Shown here: piece after piece, positions 26,806 through 38,690 of the stretch
Numbering within the stretch: the first letter of the stretch is position 1
Layout of the letters: each line of letters opens with the position of its first letter
DNA from: Octopus bimaculoides
Taxonomy: Eukaryota
Length of the DNA stretch: 64,000 bases
Reading direction: 5' to 3'
Assembly: GCF_001194135.2 (NCBI RefSeq)
Contig: NC_068989.1
Location: forward strand, 14,973,788 to 15,037,787
The notes under the pieces: model-generated
Databases searched by the model: none
What the model was told of the DNA's origin: nothing
What the model saw: only the letters and a program-made list of their open reading frames with translations
Program-made: the position numbers and the translations under genes

Positions 26806-27807
26806 TACGCCTTAAAGAAATTTTAGTCAAATGGATTGCTCCCAGTACTTCTATGTGAACAAAATAAAATTAGTTATTCTTTATTAAACACTTCCTTTGC
26901 TGTTGTTTCACAGAAATGTGCACAACCTTCAAGTTAAAACCCAACAGAAATATGACATCTTGACACACCTTGTGTTGCAAATCCAACCTATCTCAAGAGA
27001 ATCATGTTGCAAAGACACACTTCTTGGGTTTGTACGTGCAATGAAAGATGTACACACAGGCAAGAAATTCATAATAAAGCTAGTAGTGTGCTGAACAAAA
27101 AAACATCCAGGATATTTATTACACCTAAGTGGCACAAACACTCCCTTGTCATTCTTGCCATCAAAGACATGAATCAGTTGGATTAGTGAGATGAAAACTT
27201 ATAACCAACAATGCTAGTGCTCATAAAAAAAAAAGAAAAAAATACATGATATATAATAATAATAAAAAAATAGCATAAGTGATTAATGTAACATCAACAT
27301 AAAGCTAGGCTTCTCAAAAAGTCCCACAAATCTCAAATTCTTTACTAAATTCTCTCAATATTTTTTACCAATAGTCTTCGGGTTGGCTTCTTAATTTATG
27401 TTACTGATTCAGCTTTTCCTACACTTCTTTTCTGTTCATTTCTAGTAGGGTCAAATAAGACCAAATAATTTTCGACATAGTTCTTACTCCAATGACATAA
27501 CTTTCGTCATTAGTTTTGGAGGCCTTTCCTTCTCTGATTCCGCTATAAATAAATTGGGGTTAACACTTTTATATCAGGCATGGGCAACCTTTTTTTCAAG
27601 AAGCAGGTTCCACGAGACACCACTTACCATCATGGCTGGCCATACTACTAAAAAAAAAAATGCAAGTTAATTGTTCATTAGACATGTCATTCAGAAAGTT
27701 CCTTGAACTGCAGTTTGCCCACAACTACTTTACATTGTTAGCAGGTCTGAGTCTTGTAAGCTTCCAGATAACATATCTAAGTATTAACCCCAGTTCAGTT
27801 TCTGTAG

Positions 27808-27996
27808 GAATGGCTTAGGAACCTGGAGGCAAGGAAAAAGAGTCGAAGAAGTCATGACACAAGGATTGCAACAGTAGGAAATAGTGCATCCAACATCAAG
27901 TTATCTTCAGACCGGAGACCAAGTTCAAATGCTTCCATCCGAGTGGATTCTGCTAAAGGTAATAAGAAGTCAGATGATGGTACTGTAACCTGTTAG
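27808..27996 (+). CDS. candidate exon: EWLRNLEARKKSRRSHDTRIATVGNSASNIKLSSDRRPSSNASIRVDSAK, then a donor at 27958 or read-through GNKKSDDGTVTC*
   Basis: cagtttctgtag acceptor; 62 open codons in unique sequence; AAG|gtaata donor possible. Confidence 0.4.
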   Translation, partial: EWLRNLEARKKSRRSHDTRIATVGNSASNIKLSSDRRPSSNASIRVDSAKGNKKSDDGTVTC

Positions 27997-28320
27997 CAGT
28001 TAAACCAGCCACATCTGGCTCAAATATTTTACCTGTTTTATGCTGGTTGACGTTAGGAAGAGCATCCAGCTGTAGAAAACCATGCCAAATCAGACTGGAG
28101 TCTGGTGCAGCCTTCTGGCTTACCAACCCTGGTCAAATTGTCCAACCCATGCCAGCATAGACAACGGACGTTAAATGATGATGATAATGATGATGATGAT
28201 GATGATATGTTCAAATTGGCCAGATCCAACCTCTTACACTTGTCCTACAATGTTATTGTAAAATCATCATAGAAATCTTGAAGCTTCAAGATAATGCATG
28301 ATTAATCTACCAGAATAATC

Positions 28321-28606
28321 TGAATGCTAAAGAGTTAATCAGCTAACAGATTCAGATGAGTACATCATCATCCTCGTCATCATTTAATGTCCGCTTTCCA
28401 TGCTGGTATGGGTTAGACCAGTGGTTCTCAAACTTTCCAAAAAATTTTACGTGCCGGTCCTCTTGAATGCTAAAGAATCAATCAGCTAACAGATTCAGAT
28501 GAGTACATCATCATCCTCATCATCATTTAATGTCCACTTTCCATGCTGGTATGGGTTAGACCAGTGGTTCTCAAACTTTTGAAAAAATTTTACGTGCAGG
28601 TCCTCT
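28321..28606. repeat. 143-bp tandem duplication
   Basis: tgaatgctaaag... starts at 28321 and again at 28464. Confidence 0.9.
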
Positions 28607-29254
28607 TACAGACTTTTCGATGATTCACGTATCCCCTACAAAATACAGGATAATCAACATGGAAAAAAAATGACATGTTCATGTACCATAATTTCCAGAC
28701 TATGAACCACACTTCCCATAGGCCTGCAACCCCGAAAACCATAACTTAATCCAGGCAACATCTCCTTTTGATGCATGCAGTAATGCGGATGATTGGTGAT
28801 GGTGGAGAGGGTGGGACAGAGGTATGCAAGTCTTCTGGTACAATGACACTGCTGCTACATAAATGGTCACTTGACTTCCTAGAAATAGCAGTGAAATATA
28901 CCTCCAGTCACACTGTCATCTCAAAGAAAGGAAGGATACATTGGATATGCCCCAATGGGATACAATAAATGCACATGAAAATATGGGGAATCAGTTGATC
29001 AGTTAGTTACAAAACAAATGAGAAACAAAAAATAACGACAGCACATGCACAATCAACCGTTATACCTGGTCAATCACACCTGTACAACAAGTGTGATTAG
29101 CAAATGAGTGTGTAGGAGTGGTGTGGGTTTTTGAGGCTAACGATGAAAAAGGATAATAGCATGGGAAAAATTGAAAGTCTTTGAAATTTTAAACTTAACT
29201 GTCTCAAGCCACCATTTTCATGATACTTCAGCATCCCTTTGTGGTCCCCTAGGG

Positions 29255-29533
29255 CAGGAGTTTTCAAACTGTGGTCCGCAAGGACAAGACAGGGGGTCCG
29301 TGGACAGCAAATACTTTTTATGGGCAATTTGATTTTATACATGTTTTTTAATCGAAATCTTTTAATTGACAATAAACCTATTTGTTAAATACTGTTAAAT
29401 AAATAAATGTAAAAATATATGTTATTTTAAGCAAATATTTATGTGTAAATTTCATAAGCGTTTATAAGGGGGTCCCTAAGGTAAAGCCTGAAATATAAAG
29501 GGGTCCGCAAGTCAAAATGTTTGAAAACCCCTG
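29255..29533 (+). mobile_element. hAT-type MITE, same family as 51155-51430, nested in a CAGTGGTTCTCAAAC-type element
   Basis: reverse-complement near-identity to the other copy; TSD ccctaggg/gactaggg. Confidence 0.85.
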
Positions 29534-31047
29534 GACTAGGGGACTGCAGATCCCAGTTTGAGAACCACTGGATCAGACAAATTGATTGGAACTGGTAAGC
29601 CAGAGAGCAGCACCAATTCCAGTCTGATTCGACATGGTTTCTACAGCTGGATGCCCTTCCTGATGCCAACCACTCTTTTTATGTGTCACTGGCATGGGTG
29701 CCATTTACATGACACCAACAATGGCCATGACAATTTCATAGGTGCCATTTGCATAACATGGACAACAGCCACGATTACTGTTTCACTCGGCATGACGAGT
29801 CTCCTCAAACACAGCATATTGCCAAAGGTCTCAGTCACTTGTCAATGCTTCCATGAGGCCCAACATTTGAAGATCATGTTACTGGCAATGTTCATGATTC
29901 CAATTTGATAAGTGCCATTTATGAAACAATACAATGGCCACAACTACGATTTCACTTGGCTTGACGAGTGTTCTCAAGCACCGTATATCACCAAAACTTT
30001 TAGTCACTTATTGCCTCTGTGAGGCCCAACATTCGAAGATCATGCTTCACCACCTCGTCCCATGTCTTCCTGGGTCTACCTCTTTCACAGGATCCCTACA
30101 CAGTTAGAGATCGGCAGTTCTTTAGATAGTTGTCCTTGCCAATCTGCTTGATATTAAAATGAATTTAAAGCTAAGCACAAAGCTGAAATGCAAAAACATT
30201 ACGAAATAAAATGTTTCAATTTTTTTTTTTATTGTCTTATCAGAAAATGTCCTTTGTTTTTGTTTTTACTGTACTCTCCTATTTTATAGTTCAAATAAAC
30301 TGTCCCCTGCACTTTTCCAATATTCCTTTCAGTTCATAATAAAAATGTATCTTTTAGTAACTCCCACCCCCATTCCCAATCATCTTTCTCTCATTTTCCT
30401 CAACATTCTTCTTAGTATTTTGTGTTGTTTTCAACAAGTTTTGCTTGGTGTCAAAAAAAAAAAAAAATTAAAAAAAAAACAACAAAGAAACCCTGAAGAA
30501 AGAAATGCTACAGAAAACAGGTGCCAAACTGCCAGCCTGTATAGGTGAATATATATCCAATTCTTGCACTGGAAATGCCATCAGGGAACATACTTCAATG
30601 TCACCGCAAGCACTGACCAAAATTCCAAACACTTTCTTGTCCTGTTGGATTAACCTAAAGTATTTTTCTGGAGATAATTCATCACTTATACGCTAATTAC
30701 ATCACACTCATACATACAAAGTATACCCACATGCATGTATGAGAATATGTGCATGCATACTCACTCACATACACACACAAACATATGTACGCACACACAT
30801 CAACACACATATTTTGTTCAGGCTCTATCAAATTTATATTTTGAATCTGCAGATGTAATTTCCATAAGATTTATTATCTTCCACGTCGAAAGTCAGATTA
30901 TCCAGAAGATTGTTAACCACTCATTTTGCTGCAATCATTTTTCTTAGTCTGATTCTGATCTAACTGTCTGGGATGAAGTATAACTTTCGTTGGAGGCTGG
31001 AAAAAACAAAAAAAACACAATTATATATAAATGTTAAACTGCGGTTT

Positions 31048-31400
31048 GTGGAGATGCAATGGCCCAGTGGTTAGGGCAGCGGACTCACAGTTTCTATTCC
31101 CAGACCAGGCGTTGTGAGTGTTTATTGAGCGAAAACACCTAAAGCTCCACGAGGCTCTGGCAGGGGATGGTGGCGAACCCTGCTGTACTCTTTCACCACA
31201 ACTTTCTCTCATTGTTGTGCCTGTAATTCAAAGGGTCAGCCTTGTAACACTGTGTCACACTGAATATCTCCAAGAACTACGTTAAGGGTACACGTGTCGG
31301 TGGAGTGCTCAGCCACTTGCACGTTAATTTCACGAGCAGGCTGTTCCGTTGATCGGATCAACTGGAACCCTCATCGTTGTAATCGACAGAGTGCCAACAA
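31048..31400 (+). mobile_element. SINE family B with small deletions
   Basis: alignment by eye; tgcggtt at both flanks. Confidence 0.85.
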
Positions 31401-32084
31401 AAAAGAAAAAAAAAAATTGCGGTTATGTTATATTTTAAAACAAGTTTAACCTACCAGCATTTAAATTAGCCATACCCAGCTAAAATATTCTAGCTGTCCT
31501 ATGTTAAAACTGACCAGATCCAGCCTCTTACACCCACCCTACATTCTCATCCTAAAATAAACAATCAGGTAAAGACACCCTTCAGTCATAAATGACTATG
31601 GGATTGCACTTAGAAAGTTCCCTTCCAAGGCACAAGTCGGGGCAAGGTCAGGTTGTTTATGGAAGACCAGCACTCGCTCATGCATGCCAACTTCCCCTCT
31701 CCATGACACCGATGTTATCCAAGGGAAAGGTAAAGGCCGATGCAGCTTGGCACCAGTGACATCACAATTCATTTCTACAGCTGAGAAACGTGAAATATAG
31801 TGTCTTGCTTATGAACACAACACAGCACACTGCCTGGTCCAGGAATGTAACTCGCTACCTCATGATTGTGAGCCCAATGCTCTAACTACTCAGCCATGCA
31901 CCTTCATGAAAATAAGCAATCACAACGTTGAAATCTCAAAGCAACAGGATAACATGATTAATTCAAAAGAATGAAAACAGCATTCATCCTGTTGAATGTG
32001 AAGGAGGCATTTTGCTGGACGGGTGTAAACTGTTTCAATTTAAACAAAATGGTAGGTTATTCAACTTAATAATGATGATGGTTT

Positions 32085-32205
32085 TCAATAAATAATAATG
32101 CCTTCACCTTCTGTCTCAGGGTCCAGTACACTACTATCAGATTCTTCTTTTGAGATTGATTTTGATTCCACAGAAGAAACACTTGCACTCAATTCTGGAA
32201 GTTTC
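32085..32205 (-). CDS. RANBP3: probable last RanBP3 coding exon: (K)KLPELSASVSSVESKSISKEESDSSVLDPETEGEGIIIY*
   Basis: tttttttttcttcgtag acceptor; only the phase-2 frame is open and it matches the upstream donor; acidic Ser-rich tail; TGA at 32085-32087. Confidence 0.7.
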
Positions 32206-32349
32206 CTACGAAGAAAAAAAAATTTTCCATGACAATTGCGACAACACATGAAAATATTGAGAAAAAGATTTAAAAATAAAACTTCGTCTATGATGTAAAA
32301 TAAATTGAATATTTCATAAGATGTGTATAAAAGTTTGAAAACAACCTAC

Positions 32350-32495
32350 TTTAGTTTCTTAGGGGAAGCTCTGTCTTGAGATTCTGATTTTCTTTTGGAT
32401 GCATTTCGTTTTTCAAGTTCCTCTTCTTCAGTTTTCAATTGTTGTATCCTCCATTCGATGGCTCGCATTATGTTGTCACTGTCTTTAGGGTTAGC
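32350..32495 (-). CDS. RANBP3: RanBP3 exon, RanBD C-terminal helix and basic tail: ANPKDSDNIMRAIEWRIQQLKTEEEELEKRNASKRKSESQDRASPKKL
   Basis: atgtttatcag acceptor, AA|gtaggt donor; 146 nt, phase 0-2; if unspliced it ends at TAG 32346-32348. Confidence 0.9.
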
Positions 32496-32864
32496 CTGAT
32501 AAACATATAGCATGATAGCAGTTGGCAAAAGGCATGTTTTATAACATTCATGCTAGTCTATAATATTAACACAGCAAACACTATAGCTTCAATATAAATA
32601 AAACTCCATCTTCAAACTCAATCACCTACAACTGAAGCTATAAATGGACACTTTGTCTTTGAATTGAATTAAAATAGTTTCAGGAAACAGTATTCTAGGA
32701 TAGAAATCTCAAACCACAAAAGAAGTCCAAGATGATATTTGATGGCAATCATTAAATGTTCTGGCATTCCGTTAGTTATGACAATGAAGGTTCTAGTTGA
32801 TCCGGTCAATGGAACAGCCAGTTCGTGAAATTTACATGCAAGTGGCTGAGCACACTACAGATAC

Positions 32865-34089
32865 TCTTTTACTTGTATCAGTCATTTGACTGTGGCCATG
32901 CTGGAGCACCGCCTTTAGTCGAGCAAGTCGACCCCAGGAATTACTCTCTGTAAGCCTAGTACTTATTTACTTATTCTATTGGTCACACCACCATCAGTTG
33001 TCAAGCGATGTTTTTTTTTTTGGGGGGGGGGCACAGACACAGACACACACACATATATATATATGTATATATATATNNNNNNNNNNNNNNNNNNNNNNNN
33101 NNNNNNNNNNNNNNNNNNNNNNNNNNNNNNNNNNNNNNNNNNNNNNNNNNNNNNNNNNNNNNNNNNNNNNNNNNNNNNNNNNNNNNNNNNNNNNNNNNNN
33201 NNNNNNNNNNNNNNNNNNNNNNNNNNNNNNNNNNNNNNNNNNNNNNNNNNNNNNNNNNNNNNNNNNNNNNNNNNNNNNNNNNNNNNNNNNNNNNNNNNNN
33301 NNNNNNNNNNNNNNNNNNNNNNNNNNNNNNNNNNNNNNNNNNNNNNNNNNNNNNNNNNNNNNNNNNNNNNNNNNNNNNNNNNNNNNNNNNNNNNNNNNNN
33401 NNNNNNNNNNNNNNNNNNNNNNNNNNNNNNNNNNNNNNNNNNNNNNNNNNNNNNNNNNNNNNNNNNNNNNNNNNNNNNNNNNNNNNNNNNNNNNNNNNNN
33501 NNNNNNNNNNNNNNNNNNNNNNNNNNNNNNNNNNNNNNNNNNNNNNNNNNNNNNNNNNNNNNNNNNNNNNNNNNNNNNNNNNNNNNNNNNNNNNNNNNNN
33601 NNNNNNNNNNNNNNNNNNNNNNNNNNNNNNNNNNNNNNNNNNNNNNNNNNNNNNNNNNNNNNNNNNNNNNNNNNNNNNNNNNNNNNNNNNNNNNNNNNNN
33701 NNNNNNNNNNNNNNNNNNNNNNNNNNNNNNNNNNNNNNNNNNNNNNNNNNNNNNNNNNNNNNNNNNNNNNNNNNNNNNNNNNNNNNNNNNNNNNNNNNNN
33801 NNNNNNNNNNNNNNNNNNNNNNNNNNNNNTAAACACACCAGCATCGGTTGTCAAGCGATGTTGGGGGGACAAACACAGACACACAAACATATACACAACA
33901 CACATACATATATATATATATACATATATACGACGGGCTTCTTTCAGTTTCCGTCTACCAAATCCACTCACAAGGCTTTGGTCGGCCCGAGGCTATAGTA
34001 GAAGACACTTGCCCAAGGTGCCACGCAGTGGGACTGAACCCGGAACCATGTGGTTGGTAAGCAAGCTACTTACCACACAGCCACTCCTA
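32865..34089 (-). mobile_element. SINE family A, two copies either side of an N gap
   Basis: 3' half left of the gap; overlapping but non-identical middle plus 5' half right of the gap. Confidence 0.8.
33077..33829. other. assembly gap (others: 4978-5178, 23916-24043, 46858-47535, 49615-50172)
   Basis: N runs, four of five adjoining (TA)n and one adjoining poly(A). Confidence 0.95.
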
Positions 34090-34201
34090 CGCCTACAAAC
34101 TGATGAAAGGAAAACATCTGAATAAAGAGAATACGTAAGTGGGGGTTCGGCATAAAAACACAACTAGGATTTCCGTGACAATTAATTAATTAAATACTCA
34201 C

Positions 34202-34338
34202 TACGATGAGAAATACTTTCACGCCATCACCATCGGTGGCAGTTAGTCGTACACTCTTCTGACTGGCTTTCTTCACGGTCATTCCTGTCCAGATTTTAGT
34301 GTTCAATATCACTCGTAAACTTCCTTGTGATCTCATTA
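34202..34338 (-). CDS. RANBP3: RanBP3 RanBD exon: (V)MRSQGSLRVILNTKIWTGMTVKKASQKSVRLTATDGDGVKVFLIV
   Basis: atacttcag acceptor, GTA|gtgagt donor; 137 nt, phase 1-0; matches the VMRTQGSLRLILNTKLW...GVKVFLI segment of RanBP3. Confidence 0.96.
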
Positions 34339-35524
34339 CTGAAGTATAATAGAAGCACACATTAGATTAACCACAAATATCTCAAAAAAGAAGGTCAGTA
34401 ATAAACATCAGATTACTTTAAAAAATCCGTTTGCGTGTTTAAAACTATATCCAAACAGATCTTATTACAGATTGCCTATTCTCTTAATTACCTCTCAATG
34501 TTTAGTATTTTCTTCTTATCGTTATAAAAGGAAGACAGAAAATAACAACAGAACTAAATTCGACGACTGGCACCCATGCCAACGTCGTCTCCTTCATTGG
34601 ACACAAAACTCTTCTTGTGAAGACCTGTTGGGGCAAGCGAAAGCGAAATCGTGATGGCACCTGTGCCCAGCGTCGCCTTCTTGGCACTTGTGCTGGTGGC
34701 ATATGTAAGGACTTTTGAGCGAGATCGTTGCCAGTGCCGCTGGACTGGCTCTTGTGCAGGTGGCACATAAAATACACCATTTCAAGCGTGGTCGTTGCCA
34801 GTACCGCCTGACTGGCCGTTGTGCCGGTGGCACGTAAATGCACACATTACACTCTCGGAGTGGTTGGCGTTAGGAAGGGCATCCAGCTGTAGAAACTCTG
34901 CCAAATCAGATTGGAGCCTGGTGTAGCCATCCAGTTCACCAGTCCTCAGTCAAATCGTCCAACCCATGCTAGCATGGAAAGCGGACGTTAAACGATGATG
35001 ATGATGATGATGTTAGTGAGATCACCAAATACTCATAAGACACCCTCAACTGTGTGAGGTATAGTCTTGTAGGATGTGAAAGTATGATAGAGTGGCAGGA
35101 ACAAGTGTCTTGCTGAAGAAGGGGACACATGCGTCAATCCTACTTCATGGCCATATTATGATTAACATGAAGAGCATCCAACTCATCACCGTTTTAACAT
35201 CCACTTTTTCCATGTTTGCATGGGTCAGGCAGATTTTCTACAGCTGGATACCTGCTCTTCCTGTATTCAACTCTCACCTGTTTCCAAGCAAGGTAATATT
35301 TCCCCTTGGATAAAAATGATAAACATCCTTCCCGAGTTAAAGAGACTCAATATACATTTTCTCCCCCAGGGTGGGACGTGGTCCATCACAGGATTATTCA
35401 TTTTTGGCAGCTGAGTGAACTGGAGCAACATAAAATGAAGTTTTTTTTCCTCAAGAACACAATGCATTGCCCAGTCCAGAAATTGAAACGTGATGGTGGC
35501 ACGTAAAAAAATCAACCTTTGAAT

Positions 35525-35745
35525 GTTGGGCCTCAAGGAGGCAAAATGGCTGAGTTCTTTTCGAGCGCTTGGCCTGATGAAGGCATAGTAGCTGAGTTCC
35601 TTTCGAGTGTTGGGCCTGATGGAGGCATAGTGGCTGAGTCCCTTTTGAGTAGGCCTCATGGAGGCAAAGTGACTGAATTCCTTTTGAGCATTAGGCCTCA
35701 TGGAGGTAAAGTGGTCAAGTTCCTTTCGAGTGTTGGGCCTCACAG
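35525..35745. repeat. 42-bp minisatellite, 5+ units, within a family E element
   Basis: ggcct recurs at 35529, 35571, 35613, 35652, 35694, 35736. Confidence 0.9.
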
Positions 35746-36195
35746 AGACAAAGGCCAAGGCCTTTGGCATTATGTTGTGCTTGAGAAGACCTATCAAGCT
35801 GAGCAAAATCACAGTTGTGGCAGGCACCGGTGTCATGCCAGTGGCACATAAAAGCACCCATTACACTCTCAGAACGGTTGGCGTTAGGAAGGGCATCCAG
35901 ATGTAGAAAACCATACCGAATCAGACCGGAGCCTGGCACAGACTTCCAGCATACCAGCTCAGTCAAACCATCCAACCCATACCAGCATGGACAACGGACA
36001 TTAAATGATGATGACGATGATGAATCTTATGTTCACGAGTCCAATACCCTAACCACCAAGCCATGTGCCTCCACACATTTCCCCACGGTCAGGACATGTT
36101 TACACAGAATATTGGAAAATAAATGACACTAATTTTATGACAGTGACACTCTTTTACAATTATCACATGATGTGAAGAGAAGGAGGCAAAAACAT

Positions 36196-36227
<32 letters not shown>

Positions 36228-36948
36228 GATGAACTTCTTTCAGTTTCCATTTACCAATCCACTTACAAGGCTTTGGCTGGCCTTGAAACAGCAGACAAAA
36301 ATAGAAAATCAAAGTCTAGCAATTATCTCTTCAAATTTGCACCTTAGAATAATGAAAGACATACTTTCGAGCATAATGCACTCTGCCACCTCCTCCTTCC
36401 ATCCCTCCCTCTCTCTTTCTCTCCGTTGCAACCTGACAATATGAAATTAACATTTCTTTTTACAGCTGTTTTGAAAAGCTGTCAAACGGACAAATTTAAG
36501 AAAACAATTCACGGAGAAACAGTGAAATGCAGAAATGATGTGTTTTAGAGATTAGATCACAACACAATTTGATGGGGTTGAATGGTGGAGTGCGGAGGGG
36601 GTGGACATTTTTTATCAAAACCTGAACTGTTTCTGCTATATCCTGGTTCTATGGTGTATAGTCCAAACAAAGCACATGCACAACCTTTGGGGGTATATAA
36701 AGTTCAAAGTTTACAACAGCAACTCTTCAAATAGTTTATAATATTTTATAATAGAGAATTACACAGTGAAAATGTTTTTCTTTTTTTTAATTTTCCATAT
36801 TATTTTTTTTTCAACAAAAAACCATAGAAACTTGTGAGTTAAGCTGTGTTGGTAAATTGATTACGATAGCAATGAATGAATGAATCGACTAACATATTTA
36901 TAATGGCTATGACAAACACCTGTCACGCTTTTAAAGGCTGATTTTTAA

Positions 36949-37239
36949 CCCATTACCTACCAGTGATCTCATATGAGATCACTTAAAAATTACAAATTTC
37001 GTAATTATCTGTCAATATTTACACGTATCTAACCTTTTTGCTATATCTACTAGGTATATTTCTCTGATATTCAAATGAGGTTTGCTAATTTTTCACCCAA
37101 TATCTCACTTATTTCTATTTAAAATGTAATTTTGAAATGTTATTTTGATCATTCCAGTGTGTTTCTAAGGCTGTTTTATTCTAGAAATCAAAGTTTCATA
37201 AAAATAATTACAGTTAATAGAATTATGGGAGGTAATGGG
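36949..37239. mobile_element. piggyBac-type MITE
   Basis: TTAA TSD both sides; TIR CCCATTACCT; internal 20-bp palindrome gtgatctcatatgagatcac. Confidence 0.8.
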
Positions 37240-37549
37240 TTAATAGTAATATCCTTTTAATTCTCCATCGTTTCAAAGTCCGTTTTTCCATGCTTGCATG
37301 GGTTAGATGGATTTTGTTTTGAGTGGATTTTCTATGACCTGATGCTCTTCCTGTTGCTAACACTTATCGGTTTCCAAGTAACGTAATATTTCCCCAGATA
37401 TGTTTTCATAGAAGATTAGAAACAAAGGATGTTGCTTGTATGATGATAACATCCATTTACAACTAACATGGAATGTCCGGCCGGTGGGGGAAGAAACGGT
37501 TTTTTGGTGAGTCAAAATACCAGAGTATGAAGACACTGCAGGTGAGAGG

Positions 37550-38082
37550 GATCTTTTTTAAAACGGGGGCCACATTTTTCATTAACGAAACACTTTGGAA
37601 CACTGGTAGAATGTGTCATATAAAACATCTTTTTCTCTTAGTCTTCTTATAAAAAAAAAGAAATCCATAAGTTATTCCATATTAAAGTTGTCATATTTCT
37701 GTAATTTCAACCAATCACTGACGTCCATTCAGCCGATATACATTAAGTGCCGACTACATAAACAAACGATTCTGAAACAATTCTATCGGTGTTAGGGTTA
37801 GGGTTAGGGTAAAACAGCAAATTTAAAATGCAAAAAGCAAATAAAACGAAGCTATGGCTTAATCAGCCAAAGGAGTAAATGTAAACAACTGAATACATGT
37901 CAGTGATTGGTTGAAATTATCGAAATAAGACAATTTTTTACATGAAATAAATTCGAATACAAAAATATTTTTCTGTTCTATAACACAAAATAGATAAGTA
38001 TACGAAGTTTGAAAGTCTTTCGGTACCAAAAACACTACGTAAAACATTAATGAAAAATGTGGCCCCCGTTTTAAAAAAGATC
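37550..38082. mobile_element. MITE with perfect 36-bp TIRs and central (TTAGGG)3
   Basis: gatcttttttaaaacgggggccacatttttcattaa is mirrored at 38047-38082; subterminal inverted caaccaatcactgac. Confidence 0.85.
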
Positions 38083-38424
38083 TGAAGACTGCACCAGACT
38101 TCTGTGTGTGTCTGTTTTGGCATGGTTTTTACAGTTGGATACCCTTCCTAACACCAACCACTCGGCAGAGTGGACTAAAAAAAAAAATCATGATCTCACA
38201 TGGCAACCAAGTCTTCGCTTCGAGAAAGGTAGATTATATGATTGTGTATGAAACCTGATGTTACATGATAGTGTGATGTGAGCCTTTAAATGCAGCAGGT
38301 TTGTGAAGACTTGAAAGAAATGAAGCGAGCCTGCTCCACTGGAAGTAAGTACCGGTCAAGCATTGGAATTGATAAAGCTGGCACCCGACCCCATTTCAGG
38401 GCTTGTGCCTATAGCAGAAAGGAT

Positions 38425-38690
38425 CATCATCATCATTGCCGTTTAACGTCCGCTTTCCATGCTAGCATGGGTTGGATGATTTGAGTGAGGACTGGTGAAA
38501 CCAGATGGCTACACCAGGCTCCAATCTGATTTGGCAGAGTTTCTACAGCTGGATGCCCTTCCTAACGCCAACCACTCCGAGAGTGTAGTGGGTGCTTTTA
38601 CGTGCCACCGGCACGAGGGCCAGTCAGGCGGGTACTGGCAACGGCCACACTCGAAATGGTGTATTTTACATGCCACCTGCACAGGAGCTG
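38425..38690 (-). mobile_element. RTE-like 3'-UTR repeat with (GAT)n tail, family E (also 25605-25935, 28050-28205, 34530-35010, 35760-36020, 39232-39520, 44880-45045, 60400-60685, 62600-62950)
   Basis: conserved ctacagctggatgcccttcctaacgccaacc core and catcatcatcgtttaacgtccgctttccatgc end. Confidence 0.8.

Noticed and set aside
31985-32107. Further RanBP3 exon at about 32029 using the GAAG|gtgaag donor at 32108
   Set aside because: The appealing frame (LHPSSKMPPSHSTG*) is phase 2 but the donor is phase 1; not supported without transcripts
32963-34125. Long ORFs of 270-375 aa (also 46739-47627, 49575-50192, 4785-5309, 23816-24095)
   Set aside because: They run through N gaps (X residues) and SINE or microsatellite flanks
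35525-35745. CRISPR-like array
   Set aside because: Contiguous diverged tandem units without unique spacers, in a eukaryotic intron; no cas genes
37791-37810. Telomere or chromosome end
   Set aside because: Only three TTAGGG units, in the centre of a TIR element
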